Shown: in pieces, positions 61,901-64,000 of the stretch
Layout of the letters: the number at the start of each line of letters is the position of its first letter
Numbering within the stretch: position 1 is the first letter of the stretch
Source of the DNA: Candidatus Thiodiazotropha taylori
GTDB lineage: Bacteria; Pseudomonadota; Gammaproteobacteria; Chromatiales; Chromatiaceae
Assembly (NCBI GenBank): GCA_016843265.1
Contig: JAEPBJ010000001.1
Location: forward strand, 5,052-69,051
DNA length: 64,000 nt
Direction: 5' to 3'
Notes under the pieces: model-generated
What the model was told of the DNA's origin: nothing
Database searches by the model: none
The model's input: the letters and a program-made list of their open reading frames with translations, nothing else
Program-made: the position numbers and the translations under genes

Positions 61901-63307
61901 GTGGCAGAAAAAAGTGTCGATGTGGCTATTCTGGGTTCCGGTACCGCCGGTCTGAACGCTACCGGTCGGGTTGGACCGAGCGGGAAGAGCTTTCTCCTGA
62001 TCAATGGCGGCGAACCGGGCACCACATGTGCCAGGGTCGGTTGCATGCCCTCCAAAGCCCTGATCCAGGTTGCCGAGGATTATCATCGCCGCACCCACCT
62101 TGATCGCTACGGTGTGGATGGCCATACCGAAATGACCATCGACATTCCCGAAGCCATGGAGCATGTTCAGGATCTGCGTGACAACTTCGTCGATCGGGTG
62201 CTATCGAACAGTACGGACAATATGGGCGAGCGCTTCGTCGAGGCCTATGCGGAGTTCGTCGATCCCCATACTTTGCAGCTCGACAACGGCGATCGGGTGC
62301 GTGCCGAGAAAATCGTCATCGCCACCGGATCCCGTCCTGTGGTACCCCAGGCATGGGAAGCCTTTGGCGATAAGGTTCTAACCACCGACAGCTTCTTTGA
62401 ACTGGAGGATCTGCCGCAATCGGTGGCCGTTGTCGGTCTCGGTGTCATCGGCCTGGAGCTTGGTCAGTCGCTCAACCGACTGGGTATCAAGGTGAGTGGC
62501 TTCGACATGGCCGAAACCATTGGCGGCACAAGCGATCCCGAGGTCTCCAAGACCGCACTGGAGATCATGCAACGGGAGTTCCCGATCTATCTGGGTGAAG
62601 CGGTCGAACTCTCTGATGAGGGCGAGCAAGTGAGAGTCACCGCCGGTGACAACTCCGTGGTTGTGGACAAGGTGCTTGCCAGCCTGGGACGAACACCCAA
62701 TGTGGAGGGATTGTCCCTGGCCAACGCCGGCATAGAACTCGATGACAACGGCGTCCCTCTGTACGACCCGAACACCATGCAATGTGGCGACTCCCATATC
62801 TTCATCGCCGGTGATCTGAACGGTGAGAGACCGATTCTTCACGAAGCCGGGGATGAAGGCAAGATCGCCGGCTATAACGCGGCCCATGATGAAGTGATGG
62901 GATTCAAGCGCAAGGTCCCATTGGCCATCAATTTCTGCGATCCCAATATCTGTCTGGTCGGCAAACGCTATGAGGAGCTGGATCTGGATAACACCGCCAT
63001 TGGCGAGGTCAAACTGGCGCCTGTAGGACGGGCACTGATCATGGGGCAGAACCGGGGTGTGATCCGTGTCTACGCCGAGAAATCCTCCGGGCGGATGCTT
63101 GGTGCTGAGATGATCACCACCCGGGGGGAGAATCTGGCGCACCTCTTGAACTGGGCGATTTCACAAGACCTCAGTGTTGGCGATCTGATCCGTATGCCCT
63201 TCTATCACCCGGTAATCGAGGAGGCGCTCCAGGCCGCTTTGAACAACCTGTATGCCCAGGTCGAGACAAAGAACCAAGGCCCGATCAAAGAACTGTACCC
63301 CTTATAA
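61901..63307 (+). CDS. Dihydrolipoyl dehydrogenase-like class I pyridine nucleotide-disulfide oxidoreductase
   Basis: GSGTAG; TTCARVGCMPSK; GLGVIGLE; YHPVIEE. Confidence 0.88.
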   Translation: MAEKSVDVAILGSGTAGLNATGRVGPSGKSFLLINGGEPGTTCARVGCMPSKALIQVAEDYHRRTHLDRYGVDGHTEMTIDIPEAMEHVQDLRDNFVDRVLSNSTDNMGERFVEAYAEFVDPHTLQLDNGDRVRAEKIVIATGSRPVVPQAWEAFGDKVLTTDSFFELEDLPQSVAVVGLGVIGLELGQSLNRLGIKVSGFDMAETIGGTSDPEVSKTALEIMQREFPIYLGEAVELSDEGEQVRVTAGDNSVVVDKVLASLGRTPNVEGLSLANAGIELDDNGVPLYDPNTMQCGDSHIFIAGDLNGERPILHEAGDEGKIAGYNAAHDEVMGFKRKVPLAINFCDPNICLVGKRYEELDLDNTAIGEVKLAPVGRALIMGQNRGVIRVYAEKSSGRMLGAEMITTRGENLAHLLNWAISQDLSVGDLIRMPFYHPVIEEALQAALNNLYAQVETKNQGPIKELYPL

Positions 63308-63321
63308 GGCAGGAGTGTGAG

Positions 63322-63714
63322 ATGGACGCTATCGAGGTCAACTTCAGCGGCGGCAAACGTATTGAGGCGCAGGTGGGAGATTTTACCCTGCAGACCGATC
63401 AGCCACTGAAATATGGCGGTGAGGCGAGCGCCCCTGCACCCTTCGATCTGTTCCTGGGATCAATCGCCACATGTGCCGGCATTTTTGCCTGGAATTTCTG
63501 TGAATCCCGACAGCTATCCACAGAGGGTCTGGCCCTGAAAATGGAGTGCATCGAGGATGAAAAGAAGAAAATGATCGGTAACATCATCTTTCACCTGACC
63601 CTGCCCAAGGATTTTCCGGAGCGCTACCAGAGCGGCATCATTCGGGCGATGGAGCTGTGCGCAGTCAAACGTCATATGCATACCGCTCCGGATTTTTCGA
63701 TCCAGGTCAAATAG
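63322..63714 (+). CDS. OsmC/Ohr family protein
   Basis: TDQP...GG...AP.PFDLFL.SIATC; second Cys in ELCAVKRH. Confidence 0.85.
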   Translation: MDAIEVNFSGGKRIEAQVGDFTLQTDQPLKYGGEASAPAPFDLFLGSIATCAGIFAWNFCESRQLSTEGLALKMECIEDEKKKMIGNIIFHLTLPKDFPERYQSGIIRAMELCAVKRHMHTAPDFSIQVK

Positions 63715-64000
63715 GTCATCCCTAGGGATAACCCTAGCTGGGGAAATTCCCAGCTATCCATTTCAGACCAAATCCTGCTTACTATAGCCAGCACTGAACA
63801 GAGTGACCACAACGAACAGTGGTAACTCAACTGCTGCGGATTTCTTCGCTATGGCATTCTATTCGCAGCAGGATGCTTTAGAAGATTCATCTTTATGTTC
63901 CCCTATGAGTTGAACGCTTTTCAGGGGCGATTGGCAGAACAGATCAGGTTATTTCCATCCTATTCGGTGTTGCTGGACACAAAACAGACCCAGCAGGGCG

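Overview
Core-genome window (about 54% GC by eye) from a Gammaproteobacterium. Gene content resembles Chromatiales/Sedimenticola-Thiodiazotropha-type sulfur oxidisers (inference, not tested). In order it holds: the 3' end of a DUF1631 gene, PilZ, a lytic transglycosylase, ychJ, hrpA and a three-gene pnt transhydrogenase; the regulatory/export part of an exosortase-A/PEP-CTERM system (prsK-prsR-prsT, export lipoprotein, BY-kinase) transcribed divergently from a type II secretion cluster (gspG-N, D, E, F plus a Sel1 lipoprotein; no gspC/O/S); hemN, prmB, a stand-alone iscR, a GNAT/FemAB protein, an HD-GYP protein, tRNA-Gly/Cys/Leu and a signal-peptide-bearing Hsp20; gacA-udg-uvrC-pgsA, trxA, adk, htpG, an orphan PEP-CTERM-system outer-membrane protein, pgm, DUF2934 and a DMT transporter; an OprC/NosA-like copper receptor downstream of a six-gene Ttp-type TonB system; glcDE (no glcF), a secreted twin-Cx12C protein and an Lpd-OsmC pair. 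No CRISPR array, integrase, transposase or rRNA was seen. Best leads: the PEP-CTERM/T2SS coupling with a possible new pilotin, a candidate sigma28-driven sRNA, an exported small heat-shock protein, a complete sigma54/IHF/enhancer promoter on the copper receptor, and a family of 10-bp-periodic inverted repeats. All family calls come from motif recognition by eye; no searches were run.
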